This document shows positions 28,321 to 38,555 of a DNA stretch of 64,000 nucleotides, piece after piece (the first letter of the stretch is position 1; every line of letters begins with the position of its first letter). This stretch comes from Syntrophales bacterium. Lineage in GTDB: Bacteria; Desulfobacterota; Syntrophia; Syntrophales; UBA2185. A program made the translations under genes and the position numbers. The DNA is taken from assembly GCA_049512055.1 (NCBI GenBank), contig JBEKXK010000001.1:28680-92679 (forward strand), read 5' to 3'. The notes under the pieces are model-generated. The model did not search any database. It saw nothing but the letters and a program-made list of their open reading frames with translations, and was not told the origin of the DNA.

Positions 28321-28371
28321 AGACCATCTACCCTGTTCATTATCCTGCTACCTTTAATACGGAGAGCCTTC

Positions 28372-29169
28372 CTATTCATCCAATGAAACCGGAAAAAAAT
28401 GCGTTATCAACCTGTATCCTGTTCCAGTGCTGCATGAAGTTCTTATGGCCTTGGTTATATAGGCTTTTGCCCCTTCTACTGCTTTAGCCACGCTCTCACC
28501 TTTCGCCAACAGGGTAGCAATGGCCGCGGAAAAAGTGCACCCTGTGCCGTGCGTTTCCATCTTATCAATCCTCTTGGAGGAATATCGGCGAAATTTCTTG
28601 CCATCATAGAGGATATCTATAGCATCGCCTGTCAGATGTCCTCCTTTAATCACCACATTCTTCGCACCAAAGCCGTAAATTACCTTCGCAGCCTCTTTCA
28701 TGTCGGACGTAGAGGTTATTTGCATTTCAGCTAAGACCTCTGCCTCAGGTATATTCGGCGTCACGACAAAGGCCAGTGGAAGCAATTCTCTTATCAATGC
28801 ATCCCTTGCCTCGCCTCTGATCAATGTCTCCCCTCCCTTGGCCGCCATTACCGGATCGACGACGACCTTTTCAATGCCGTATTTCATGATCATGCCCGCT
28901 GCTGTCCTTAATATCCCGGTGTTCGTCAGCATCCCCGTTTTAGCAGCATCAACGCCCACATCGGCCATGACAGATTCAAACTGCTTCTCCACAAATTCAG
29001 GCGAGATCTCATAAACATCTTGGATGCCAAAGGTATTCTGAGCGGTGAGGGCTGTTATAACGCTCATCCCGAAACCGCCTAATGACATGATTGTCTTCAG
29101 ATCTGCCTGTATCCCTGCGCCACCGCAGGAATCCGAACCGGCGATGGTTAAAACCCGGACTAACTTCAT
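28372..29169 (-). CDS. thiD: hydroxymethylpyrimidine/phosphomethylpyrimidine kinase
   Basis: 'IAGSDSCGGAGIQADLKT', 'VVDPVM' and 'THGTGCTFSAAIA'. Confidence 0.9.
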   Translation of the reverse strand: MKLVRVLTIAGSDSCGGAGIQADLKTIMSLGGFGMSVITALTAQNTFGIQDVYEISPEFVEKQFESVMADVGVDAAKTGMLTNTGILRTAAGMIMKYGIEKVVVDPVMAAKGGETLIRGEARDALIRELLPLAFVVTPNIPEAEVLAEMQITSTSDMKEAAKVIYGFGAKNVVIKGGHLTGDAIDILYDGKKFRRYSSKRIDKMETHGTGCTFSAAIATLLAKGESVAKAVEGAKAYITKAIRTSCSTGTGYRLITHFFPVSLDE

Positions 29170-29177
29170 TTGTCCCC

Positions 29178-29840
29178 TCAGGGTAGAACCCCCGTCTTGA
29201 AATATCTGATTACAAGGAGATGACCGGTTTTAACGGAAATGATGCCCCTCGCGGCAGCCAAGCGATTGCTGACCCCATAAGGTGTCCCGATTTCCATTGT
29301 TCCATCTTTGAGTGGATATTCAAATCCGTCGATTGTCACTCCTGTGACCATATCCGAAAGAGGGAGAAGGGATACCGTCTGCCCCGGTTCACCCTCAATT
29401 GCATACTCATGGCTCACGATGAAAGTCTCACACCGTTCATCAATCAATTTAATTTGTACGCCCTTTTTCAATCCGAGAGCCAGGAGTGATACATTGGCAA
29501 GGGTGTGATCGATCCTGGTTCCGAAGGCACCGAACACATAGATTTCATCGGGCAAAATGCCAAAAGCATATTCCAAAGCCAGTTGCGTATCAGTTTCTTT
29601 CTTACCCTCCGGGAATCTGATAATTCGGCTCCCCCGCTCCTTGAAGTACTCCAGCATACCTGGCAATAGAGAGTCCATATCGCCTATTATGACATGTGGG
29701 ACCATGCCGATTGCGCGAAGATAGCCGGCGCCGCTGTCTGCACAGATTATCTCGGCAGGTTTCAACTCGGAGATCTTTGACCGGAAAAATGCCAGGTCCC
29801 TGATCTCTCCGCCGGCAACGACTAATATGACTTTATTCAT
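29178..29840 (-). CDS. thiN: thiamine pyrophosphokinase
   Basis: 'ADSGA', 'IIGDMDS' and 'KKETDTQLAL' boxes plus a C-terminal thiamine-binding beta domain. Start uncertain (ATG 29840 or TTG 29864). Confidence 0.75.
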   Translation of the reverse strand: MNKVILVVAGGEIRDLAFFRSKISELKPAEIICADSGAGYLRAIGMVPHVIIGDMDSLLPGMLEYFKERGSRIIRFPEGKKETDTQLALEYAFGILPDEIYVFGAFGTRIDHTLANVSLLALGLKKGVQIKLIDERCETFIVSHEYAIEGEPGQTVSLLPLSDMVTGVTIDGFEYPLKDGTMEIGTPYGVSNRLAAARGIISVKTGHLLVIRYFKTGVLP

Positions 29841-29903
29841 GGGATTAATATGAGAATTTGTCAAAAGGATTATCTAATGTCCGGCCAGCGATTCTTGGGC
29901 TCT

Positions 29904-30668
29904 CTAAGTAATACCAAAGACATCCTTTGTATTTTGATATGTCACACTGGCCAATTCTTCAAAGGACAGGCCTTTTATCTCCGCCACCTTTCTTGCCGTA
30001 TGGACGACATAGGTAGGTTCATTCCTTTTCCCCCTATTTGGATGGGGGGTGATGTAGGGTGCATCTGTCTCTACCAGAAGACTCGTTACTGGGATATACC
30101 TCACCACTTCCCGGAGCTTTTCGGACTTCCCGAACGTAATCGCGCCCGGTATAGAAATGAGAAAACCCATGTCGAGACATTTCGCCGCCATCGTCTGATC
30201 GCCGGAAAAACAGTGGATGACCCCTCTTTGCTCCCATTTCCATGTTCCGAGCATGTCTATGGTTTCCTTATGGGCGTCACGATCATGTATGATTACGGGT
30301 AGTCCAATCTCGCCGGCCACTTCCAGCTGTTCTCCGAACCTCCTGATCTGCGTCTCCCTCGGAGAGAGATTGCGGAAAAAATCAAGGCCGATTTCCCCGA
30401 AGGCCACAACTTTATCCATTCTTGCCAGCTTCCTGAGAGAGTCATAGGTCCCATCATTAATTTCCTTCACATCATGGGGATGTATGCCAATCGCCGCATA
30501 TACATTCTTAAACTTCCCGGCGATGGAAACCGCCTTTCTGCAATCATCCAGGGTCGTACCAACCGTTACAATCAGGCCAACTCCCGCGTCTTCAGCCCTT
30601 TTTATAACTTCTGCCCTGTCACGGTCGAAGTCCCTCATTTCCAGATGTGCGTGTGAATCAGCGAGCAT
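29904..30668 (-). CDS. tatD: TatD-family metal-dependent hydrolase
   Basis: 'ADSHAHLE', 'GEIGLDF', 'IHDRDAH', 'GVIHCFSG' and 'VETDAPY'. Confidence 0.9.
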   Translation of the reverse strand: MLADSHAHLEMRDFDRDRAEVIKRAEDAGVGLIVTVGTTLDDCRKAVSIAGKFKNVYAAIGIHPHDVKEINDGTYDSLRKLARMDKVVAFGEIGLDFFRNLSPRETQIRRFGEQLEVAGEIGLPVIIHDRDAHKETIDMLGTWKWEQRGVIHCFSGDQTMAAKCLDMGFLISIPGAITFGKSEKLREVVRYIPVTSLLVETDAPYITPHPNRGKRNEPTYVVHTARKVAEIKGLSFEELASVTYQNTKDVFGIT

Positions 30669-30705
30669 AAGCCCTTCCGCGCAAAAAAGTATTCCACCGG
30701 TCGGA

Positions 30706-30888
30706 TTATTCTATTTCTATCTCATCCGCACAGGAGGACACGTCGGGAAGCTCCTTGAGGTAAGTTTGCAAATCCTTCTCTGTAATCTCCCCATCAAGCA
30801 ACATCTTTGTAAGAATTCTCTTATCAGTCTCACCCTCGCAACCAGACCTTCTTTCCTTCATCATGAGTTCCTCCCTTTTCTCAGACAT
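30706..30888 (-). CDS. small acidic hypothetical protein (60 aa)
   Basis: ORF only. It sits 38 nt upstream of tatD in the same orientation. No family recognised. Confidence 0.35.
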   Translation of the reverse strand: MSEKREELMMKERRSGCEGETDKRILTKMLLDGEITEKDLQTYLKELPDVSSCADEIEIE

Positions 30889-30957
30889 TGATCAGGACTG
30901 ACTATCTATTACATTTTTTCTTTTTTTTCAACAAATACTCGCAGAAGAGCCAACAGC

Positions 30958-30986
30958 TTGACAGGCAAAATTAAATTGGATAAATT
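30958..30986 (+). promoter_or_regulatory. putative sigma70-type promoter (TTGACA-17-TAAATT)
   Basis: TTGACA at 30958-30963, 17-nt spacer, TAAATT at 30981-30986. Upstream of the membrane-protein gene. Confidence 0.35.
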
Positions 30987-31076
30987 CTTAGAGGTTTATA
31001 GCGGCGTGAACTTGTCATCATAATTTGTCTCTTTTTTGTTTTCCGTTATCGTATCAAGTTGCCAACAGGTCCTGCG

Positions 31077-31943
31077 ATGGATATAAAATTGACATCACGT
31101 GTTTGGAACTGGCCCCTTTACGGGTGGCTCGGCTCGGGAATGGCCATCACATTCTGGATTCTGAACTGGTCACTTTCCGGACTGCGCACGCAGTGGGGGT
31201 TTTTCCCCATGTGGCTTGGATACTGCCTCACTGTTGACGCCACGGTTTTCACTCGGAAAGGTCATTCGCTCTTGACCCGCAGTCCCGGCGCCTATGCGGC
31301 GCTTTTTCTAATTTCCGCGCCGGCATGGTGGCTTTTTGAAATTATAAATATGCGCACGCAGAACTGGTACTACGTGGGCGAGCAATACTTCACCTATGCT
31401 GAGTTCTTTATGTTTTCTTCGCTGAGCTTCTCGACGGTCATTCCTGCCGTATTCGGCACTGCCGAGCTGGCCGGCACCTTCACCCGGATCAAGAGAATGA
31501 AATTCAACCTCCGATTCAGGATAACTCCAGCCAGATTGACCGCCCTCTTTGCTACAGGCCTTATTATGCTGCTGTTGATGTTGATCTGGCCTATTTACTT
31601 TTTTTGTTTTGTCTGGCTATCAGTCTATCTGATGCTCGAACCACTGAATGCCTGGCTGAAGAATCGCACACTTCTCCAGTACATTTCCGCGGGCAATTGG
31701 CAACCGCTGCTGGCCCTATGGGTCGGGTGCATCATATGCGGTTTCTTCTGGGAGATGTGGAATTTTTACTCATATCCGAAGTGGATATATTATATACCAT
31801 TCTTCAATTTCCTCCATATCTTTGAAATGCCCCTGCTCGGCTATCTCGGATACCTGCCGTTCTCCATGGAGATATTTGCCCTGTATCACTTCACGATCGG
31901 CGTGCTCCAACCTGGCAGGGCAGAAGATTACATCCAAATTTGA
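31077..31943 (+). CDS. hypothetical polytopic membrane protein (Trp/Phe-rich, ~8 TM)
   Basis: Continuous hydrophobic ORF ('WLGSGMAITFWILNW', 'FFPMWLGYCLT', 'LFLISAPAWWLFE' and others). No family recognised. Start at ATG 31077 or the upstream TTG 31059. Confidence 0.6.
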   Translation: MDIKLTSRVWNWPLYGWLGSGMAITFWILNWSLSGLRTQWGFFPMWLGYCLTVDATVFTRKGHSLLTRSPGAYAALFLISAPAWWLFEIINMRTQNWYYVGEQYFTYAEFFMFSSLSFSTVIPAVFGTAELAGTFTRIKRMKFNLRFRITPARLTALFATGLIMLLLMLIWPIYFFCFVWLSVYLMLEPLNAWLKNRTLLQYISAGNWQPLLALWVGCIICGFFWEMWNFYSYPKWIYYIPFFNFLHIFEMPLLGYLGYLPFSMEIFALYHFTIGVLQPGRAEDYIQI

Positions 31944-32034
31944 CAAGACAGCGATGGATAAGAAGCAACGGGCTGAGATCTGAAATGGCGGCGGCGGCGC
32001 CTAGCATCTGCATTTCGGAACAATTTTCGCGGCT

Positions 32035-33342
32035 CTAGATATTGCGTCTATCTATAACAATCCCGGCTTTGCCTTCATGCCTGGCAATCGTGTTGGGCGC
32101 CACCAGCTTCACTGCAGCGCTTACTCCTATTACGGATCTTATCTTCTTTTCAACCATCTCTAAAAAAGCCTTTTGCCTTTTCATTTGGTCAAAGAAGGTC
32201 CCTTCCGCAGCCTCAAAATGAATCTCCAAAAAATCATGGGCGCCTTTCCGATCCGCTACAATCTGATAATACGGCGCTGTTCCCACAATGGCGGCCAATA
32301 CGGATTCTATCTGCGAAGGATATACGTTAACCCCCCTGATGATAAGCATGTCGTCTGATCGTCCCGCTGTCTTATTCATCCGCACCATGGTTCTCCCGCA
32401 TCTGCACTCCCCGTATTCGAGAGATGTCATGTCTCCCGTGCGATAACGGATCATGGGAAAGGCCTCTTTCTTGAGAGTTGTCAGGACAAGTTCCCCGACG
32501 CGCCCGGCTGGCATCTGTTCACCCGTCTTGGGATCAATAATCTCCGGAATAAAGGCGTCCTCAAAGATATGCATGCCACATCTGTATTCACATTCACCCG
32601 CCACTCCCGGACCGATAATCTCCGATAAGCCGTAATTGTCTGTGGCAGTGATGCCCAGTCGTGATTCTATCTCTTCGCGCATGACCTCGGACAATGGTTC
32701 TCCGCCAAATAGGCCGACCCTCAATGATAACTTCTTAGGGTCAACGCCGATACCTTCCATCCTCTCTGCCAGTGTCACCGCATAGGTCGGCGTGGAAATA
32801 AGAGCTGATGTTCTATAGTCCTGCATGATCATTATCTGCTTTTCCGTGTTGCCGGTGCCCGTGGGGATTACACTTGCCCCTATTGCTTCCGCCCCGTAAT
32901 GAAACCCGAAGGCGCCCGTATATAGACCGTAACTGAAAGTAATTTGCACCATATCATCGCGGGTAACTCCGGCAGCAGTCATGACGCGGGCTACAAGGTT
33001 CGTCCATGCCTTGATGTCATTTCTTGTATAGCCAACGACAACAGGTTTTTCAGTCGTCCCTGATGATGAATGCACCCGCACCACTTCACGAAGAGGAACC
33101 GCAAACATGCCGTAGGGATAGTTCATCCTCAAGTTTTCCTTGCTGGTAAACGGGATATTCACCAACCCGGAAATGGACTGCATATTTTCAGGAACAATCC
33201 CCAACTCGTCGAACATTTTGCGATAGAACGTCACATTTTTGTAAACCCTGTTTAGAGTTGCCTGCAGCCTTTCGAGCTGAAGCTCCTCCAGCTCTTCGCG
33301 TGGCATACATTCATATTTGGCATCCCAAATTTTCATAAGCAC
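32035..33342 (-). CDS. paaK: phenylacetate--CoA ligase family (PaaK-like adenylate-forming enzyme)
   Basis: 'SSGTTEKPVVVGYT' AMP motif, 'YGLSE', 'YRTGDM' and a C-terminal 'GKAGIVIDRR'. Size is ~435 aa. Confidence 0.8.
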   Translation of the reverse strand: MLMKIWDAKYECMPREELEELQLERLQATLNRVYKNVTFYRKMFDELGIVPENMQSISGLVNIPFTSKENLRMNYPYGMFAVPLREVVRVHSSSGTTEKPVVVGYTRNDIKAWTNLVARVMTAAGVTRDDMVQITFSYGLYTGAFGFHYGAEAIGASVIPTGTGNTEKQIMIMQDYRTSALISTPTYAVTLAERMEGIGVDPKKLSLRVGLFGGEPLSEVMREEIESRLGITATDNYGLSEIIGPGVAGECEYRCGMHIFEDAFIPEIIDPKTGEQMPAGRVGELVLTTLKKEAFPMIRYRTGDMTSLEYGECRCGRTMVRMNKTAGRSDDMLIIRGVNVYPSQIESVLAAIVGTAPYYQIVADRKGAHDFLEIHFEAAEGTFFDQMKRQKAFLEMVEKKIRSVIGVSAAVKLVAPNTIARHEGKAGIVIDRRNI

Positions 33343-33356
33343 CTCACGTCTTGTTG

Positions 33357-34100
33357 TTAACGTTCCCAGATTTCCTTTCTATCTTTTCCGAGATATGCCC
33401 TCTGCACATCCTTATTTGCCAGAAGCTCTGATGCCGTCTCCTCAAGAATCACCTTTCCGGTTTCAAGCACATAACCCCGATCGGCAACCTTGAGTGCTAC
33501 CCGCGCATTCTGTTCTACGAGAAGTATGGAGGTTCCCCGCTGCCTGCGGAGCTCTTCGATAACCTGAAATATCTCCTGCACCAAGAGCGGAGCAAGTCCC
33601 ATAGCAGGTTCGTCAAGCAGGAGCAGCCGCGGTTTCGCCATGAGCGCCCTGCCTATGGCCAACATCTGCTGTTCACCCCCCGACAGGGTTCCCGAAATCT
33701 GTTTGCATCTTTCCCCAAGGCGCGGGAATAGCGCATAAACCGCGTCCTTATCTTTCATTATGTCTTTCCTTTTTTCTCCGGCCTCAGAGCGGAGATATGC
33801 GCCGAGCTCAAGATTATCTTCAACAGAAAGAGGTTTGAATATCTGCCTCCCCTCGGGAACCTGGGAGACGCCAAGTTTCACTATGGCATCCGGGGAAAGT
33901 CTGCTGATCAACATGCCGTCAAAATGTATTTCGCCATTTGCCGGAGGCGTGACAGCAGAGACCGTATTCAATATTGTCGTCTTCCCGGCGCCGTTAGATC
34001 CGATCAAGGCCACTATCTCTCCGGCGCTGACATGGAGGGAAACATTTCTCAGGGCATGCAGTTTACCATAATATGTGTTGATGTTCTTAATTTTCAACAT
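33357..34100 (-). CDS. livF: branched-chain amino acid ABC transporter ATP-binding protein (LivF type)
   Basis: Walker A 'GSNGAGKTT', signature 'LSGGEQQML' and Walker B 'LLLLDEP'. Confidence 0.9.
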   Translation of the reverse strand: MLKIKNINTYYGKLHALRNVSLHVSAGEIVALIGSNGAGKTTILNTVSAVTPPANGEIHFDGMLISRLSPDAIVKLGVSQVPEGRQIFKPLSVEDNLELGAYLRSEAGEKRKDIMKDKDAVYALFPRLGERCKQISGTLSGGEQQMLAIGRALMAKPRLLLLDEPAMGLAPLLVQEIFQVIEELRRQRGTSILLVEQNARVALKVADRGYVLETGKVILEETASELLANKDVQRAYLGKDRKEIWER

Positions 34101-34116
34101 TCCTTATAACCCACCG

Positions 34117-34869
34117 TCAACCCTCTCCCAGATAGGCCGTTATCACATTTTCATCTTCCTGAATCTGTCGTGCCGTCCCTTCCGCAAGTTTACACCCTAG
34201 ATTGAGAACAACGACGCGGCTGCAAATTCCCATAACCAACTCCATATCATGTTCTACAAGAGCGACTGTGACTCCCGAACTTTTTATTCTCTCAATCAGC
34301 AGGGCGAGATCGGAAGTCTCCCTGCTATTGAGCCCCGCTGCCGGTTCATCCAGGAGGATGATCTTTGGTTCCACGGCCATTGCGCGGGCAATCTCGAGGA
34401 GCCGCCCCTTGCCAAACGGTAAATTGGCCGCTTTCATATGAGCCAGTTCCGCGATGCCCGCGAATTCGAGCCAGGAAATTGCCCGTTCTCTGATATGGCG
34501 TTCCTCCCGCAAATGGGCCGGCAATTTTAAAGCCGAAGAAATGATGCCGCTTTGTGACCTTGTATGAAGACCAACCATGACATTTTCCAGAACCGTCATT
34601 TGACCAAACAACTCAATACCCTGAAATGTGCGCACCAAGCCGCGTCGGGCAAGCTTCTCCGGGGGAAATCCGGTTACATCTTTCCCATCATAGTAGACTT
34701 TTCCGGATGTAGGATGATATATACCCGTTACAATATTGAAGAGCGTCGTCTTGCCCGCTCCGTTAGGACCGATAATGCCGGTAATCTCGCCTGCTGCAAC
34801 TGAGAAGGATACGTCCTCAAGGGCCGTGAGGCCGCCGAATATTTTTGTAATGCTTTCTATCTTAAGCAA
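34117..34869 (-). CDS. livG: branched-chain amino acid ABC transporter ATP-binding protein (LivG type)
   Basis: 'GPNGAGKTTLFN', 'LPFGKGRLLEIARA', 'ILLDEPAAGL' and a LivG-type C-terminus 'VITAYLG'. Confidence 0.9.
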   Translation of the reverse strand: MLKIESITKIFGGLTALEDVSFSVAAGEITGIIGPNGAGKTTLFNIVTGIYHPTSGKVYYDGKDVTGFPPEKLARRGLVRTFQGIELFGQMTVLENVMVGLHTRSQSGIISSALKLPAHLREERHIRERAISWLEFAGIAELAHMKAANLPFGKGRLLEIARAMAVEPKIILLDEPAAGLNSRETSDLALLIERIKSSGVTVALVEHDMELVMGICSRVVVLNLGCKLAEGTARQIQEDENVITAYLGEG

Positions 34870-34881
34870 CTTATAATTCCC

Positions 34882-35853
34882 CTAAACACTTTTCGCAGAA
34901 GGGAGACCAGACTTAAGCTTCGCGAGCAGGAATCTGGCCAGAAGCGGCACGCCTCGCACGAGGCCGCCCGGCATGAACATGGTCATTACTATCAGAACAA
35001 TGCCGTAAACAACAATATCATAATCCTGAAACGTCCGGAAAAGCTCCGGCAGTAAAGTCAGAATGGCAGCGCCCAGAAAAGAACCGTAGATACTCCCCAG
35101 TCCCCCGATGATCACCATAGTAAGGAGTTCTATGGAAACATTAAACCCGAAAGATGCAGGCGAGATAAACTGGACAGTGTGGGCATAAAGACTTCCGGCA
35201 AGGGCAGAGAAAATTCCGGAGATCGTGAATACCTGTACCTTCAAGAGTCTGACATTCACTCCCAGGATACGAGCCGCCACCTCGGAGTCATGAATGGCCC
35301 GAAGAGCCCTGCCAATCCTTGATTGGGAAAGATTGACAGATAAGAGTATGGTGACGATGACGAAGGACCAGACCAAATAATAGTTTTTCATGTCGGTATT
35401 GAAGACAATGCCGCCGATAGAGAGATTCGGTATACCCGGCAGTCCTGAAGGGCCGCCCGTTATATCGACGGTTTCGTTGAAGATAATGTAGACGATAATC
35501 CCCATGCCGAGCGTTGCCATTGCCAGGTAATGTCCCTTGAGCTTGAGGATGGGAGAGCCGAGGACAAAGGCTATGACACCCACGGCAATGACGGCGATTA
35601 CCATGGCTAGCCAGGGATTCACAGCATGCGTCGCCGTGAGCACGCCGGATATGTAAGCGCCAAGCCCAAAAAACGCCGCTTGCCCGAGGGAGATTTGACC
35701 GGCAAGACCGAGCAACAGGTTCAGGGCCACGGCTAAAATAGTATAAATGCCGACGAAAACCAGCACATTCACAATATAGCCGCCCTTGAGGAACATAGGC
35801 GCCGTGAGGATAGCGGCAGCAAATACAAGAAACTTCATCAATTCACGTTTCAT
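34882..35853 (-). CDS. livM: branched-chain amino acid ABC transporter permease (LivM type)
   Basis: Polytopic ORF with 'GQISLGQAAFFGLGAY' typical of LivM. Confidence 0.85.
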   Translation of the reverse strand: MKRELMKFLVFAAAILTAPMFLKGGYIVNVLVFVGIYTILAVALNLLLGLAGQISLGQAAFFGLGAYISGVLTATHAVNPWLAMVIAVIAVGVIAFVLGSPILKLKGHYLAMATLGMGIIVYIIFNETVDITGGPSGLPGIPNLSIGGIVFNTDMKNYYLVWSFVIVTILLSVNLSQSRIGRALRAIHDSEVAARILGVNVRLLKVQVFTISGIFSALAGSLYAHTVQFISPASFGFNVSIELLTMVIIGGLGSIYGSFLGAAILTLLPELFRTFQDYDIVVYGIVLIVMTMFMPGGLVRGVPLLARFLLAKLKSGLPSAKSV

Positions 35854-35870
35854 TCATCCGTCCAATAATT

Positions 35871-36779
35871 TTATACCCTTTCCGCTTCTCCCTTTCCGAA
35901 CAGCCCCTGAGGCCTGATTAGCAAGATGATAAGGAGAATGATAAAGGCGATGGCGTCCTTATAACCTGACGATATTAAGCCCGCCCCAAGAGACTCCAGA
36001 ACGCCTACAAGCAAACCGCCGGCAACGGTTCCCATGCCGGTGCTCATACCGCCGATGATGGCGGCACAGAACCCCTTCAATCCGAGCATAACACCCACAT
36101 CATATGACGTCATGGTAAGGGGCGCGATGATGATTCCCGCTGCAGCCCCCATGGCCGAACTTATGACAAAGGAAAAAAGGATCATGCGCTTGACATCGAT
36201 TCCGACAAGACTTGACGCTATCCTGTTGAAAGAGCAGGCGCGCATCGCTTTCCCGCTTATGCTGTGGTGGAAAAAAATCCTGTTTGCTGTGATAATTATC
36301 AGCGTGATGCCAAAAATCCAAATGTTCTGAGGCATTATTGCGGCGCCCATCAAAATGATCGGCTCGTTTCCGGAAAACATAGGCAGGGCATGCGTATCCT
36401 TTCCCCAGAGGAGCATGGCAACTCCGCGGATAAGAATGCTTCCGCCTATTGTGATGATGACGAGAATGATCGGTTCAGCATCCTTAAGGGGGCTGATGGC
36501 GAGGCGTTCAAATAATGCGCCCACTGCCGTAGCAACCACAATAGCAAGTACGACGGCAAGCGGAAGGGAAAGCCCCAGAGTGACGTGGAAGAATAAGGTC
36601 AGCATACCGCCCAGCATCACAAACTCGCCTTGAGCAAAGTTGATTATGCTCGTGGAATTGTAGATGATGGCAAAACCAAGCCCGATGAGGGCGTAAATTG
36701 CCCCTGTGGAGAGACCGGACAGAGTATATTGCAGTAACTGCTCAATAGGTTCCATAGGATTAATGCTTATATGCGGCAA
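35871..36779 (-). CDS. livH: branched-chain amino acid ABC transporter permease (LivH type)
   Basis: 'GLSTGAIYALIGLGFAIIY...INFAQGEF' is LivH-typical. The true start may be ATG 36755. Confidence 0.85.
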   Translation of the reverse strand: MPHISINPMEPIEQLLQYTLSGLSTGAIYALIGLGFAIIYNSTSIINFAQGEFVMLGGMLTLFFHVTLGLSLPLAVVLAIVVATAVGALFERLAISPLKDAEPIILVIITIGGSILIRGVAMLLWGKDTHALPMFSGNEPIILMGAAIMPQNIWIFGITLIIITANRIFFHHSISGKAMRACSFNRIASSLVGIDVKRMILFSFVISSAMGAAAGIIIAPLTMTSYDVGVMLGLKGFCAAIIGGMSTGMGTVAGGLLVGVLESLGAGLISSGYKDAIAFIILLIILLIRPQGLFGKGEAERV

Positions 36780-36942
36780 ATCACATTAATATGATCTTCT
36801 GGTGAATCGCTTCACACATTGCATGCCCGGGCAAGATGTCAGTTCCGCCCATGCGTATCTCACCAATCATCGATATCTTTCGGAATGCTCGAAATAACAG
36901 TCTCATTAATTTATAGAGGAGACGATTTCCAGATTCTGAATG

Positions 36943-38088
36943 CTACTTTACAAGTACCCATTCCTTATTTTTTATCGTCACGAGCACAAAGGCATCCTTT
37001 CTCAGGCCTGCGTGATCTTGAGGAGTGAAGTTGAATATACCGCCGATACCCTTAAAATTGCGGGTATTTTCAAGCTCACTGCGAATTGCAGCGGGTGAAT
37101 CGCCTCCACGTTCAATCGCACCTTTGAGAAGCATGACCGCATCCCATGCATGACCGCCGAAATGATCTCCCTCCACCTTAAAATGATTCTTGTAATCGTT
37201 TACGAAAGCAAGCAGTGACTTTTTCTGCTGGTCGGATTTGGGAAGCACATTTGCAACAATAACCCGTCCCGAAGGGAGAGTTATCCCTTCCGCCGCATCT
37301 CCGGCCAGTTCAATAAATTTCTTGGAGGAAACGCCATGGCTCATATAGAGCGGCAGATTGAGCCCGAGTTGCTTGGCGTTTCTTGCCACCTTGGCAGGTC
37401 CCGGATTCGTTCCCCAGCAGATAATGGCCTGTGCCTTGCTGCCGCGTATCTTAACCAACTGGGCGGTCATGTCCGTATCGTTGGGACTGTAGACTTCATC
37501 GGATACTATGGTGATGCCGGAATCCTTGGCACGAATTTTCAACTGTTCCCTGCCTGAAGCACCGAAACCGTCTGATACTGTGAGTATGGCAACATTATTT
37601 ATATTCCATTTCCTGAGGTGATCATAGATACGCTCCACGGCCAGGGAATCATTCTGGGCCGTTTTAAAGACCCATTTCTTTACCGGTTCTGTAATCTTGA
37701 CCCCGGCAGCGCAGGATATCAACGGAATCCCTGCAGCTTCGATGGTCCCAATAATGGCCATTGTCTCGCCAGTCGTGCTGGGACCGATAATAGCGCTGAC
37801 ACGGTCTTCCTTGATGAGTCGTGTGGCTGCCTGCACCGCTTTGGTGGCATCGCCCTGCGTATCGTAGAATACCAGTTTCAGCTTTCGCCCTTTGATGCCA
37901 CCCGCCTTGTTAATCTGATCTACCACCATATTGGCCGTATTACGTTCCGGCTCACCGAGAAATGAGGGTGGACCGGTAACGGCAAACAGTCCTCCGATCT
38001 TAATCGGTTCCTGCGACCAAGAGTTTACCGTAAAGACAAGAAGAAGGCAGAAAATGCAAATTGATTTGATGATTATTTTTTTAAACAT
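36943..38088 (-). CDS. livK: ABC transporter substrate-binding protein (LivK/Leu-Ile-Val-binding family)
   Basis: Signal peptide, then 'IKIGGLFAVTGPPSFLGEP' and a type-I periplasmic binding fold pattern. GGAGG RBS. Confidence 0.85.
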   Translation of the reverse strand: MFKKIIIKSICIFCLLLVFTVNSWSQEPIKIGGLFAVTGPPSFLGEPERNTANMVVDQINKAGGIKGRKLKLVFYDTQGDATKAVQAATRLIKEDRVSAIIGPSTTGETMAIIGTIEAAGIPLISCAAGVKITEPVKKWVFKTAQNDSLAVERIYDHLRKWNINNVAILTVSDGFGASGREQLKIRAKDSGITIVSDEVYSPNDTDMTAQLVKIRGSKAQAIICWGTNPGPAKVARNAKQLGLNLPLYMSHGVSSKKFIELAGDAAEGITLPSGRVIVANVLPKSDQQKKSLLAFVNDYKNHFKVEGDHFGGHAWDAVMLLKGAIERGGDSPAAIRSELENTRNFKGIGGIFNFTPQDHAGLRKDAFVLVTIKNKEWVLVK

Positions 38089-38555
38089 GTTGTACCTCCT
38101 GATAAATTTATCGTTATATTGTAATCCTCACATTAAGAAAGTGTTACAATTGTTTTGTTGCTTTTTACTATTGGGGATTGATTCTATCTGGATTTGATTC
38201 TGATTAGGCCTGCATGCCCGCCCATTGAGGCGCACAGCAGGCATCAATATGTGTATTTACAGCGGGTCTGGTCGATGATCAGTTGCAGGAATTCTTTATT
38301 CATTTGCACGTCACACTTTCTGATAGTCCGCGAAACTTAAAAGTATTTGCTGATAATGTCAAGGAATATTTTCCCATGTTCGTTGCGTCCTCTTCTTTGG
38401 ACCATATATTCCTTTGAAATTTGTTAACTTTCACCTTGCCTGAACCGTAAGACTGTGTTATGTTCCGCCTTAATATATGACAGATATTAGCGCCTTACAG
38501 AAATTGTTTCAACCTCGGCAACTCATAGTTGAATTGTACGATAGGAGGTCAGGCC

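Noticed and set aside
38089-38528. Inverted repeat ATTGTAA...TTACAAT and possible promoter or sigma54 site upstream of livK
   Set aside because: The spacing to candidate -10 and -35 hexamers is poor (19-20 nt) and there is no TGGCAC-N5-TTGC. It cannot be distinguished from chance in an A/T-rich spacer.
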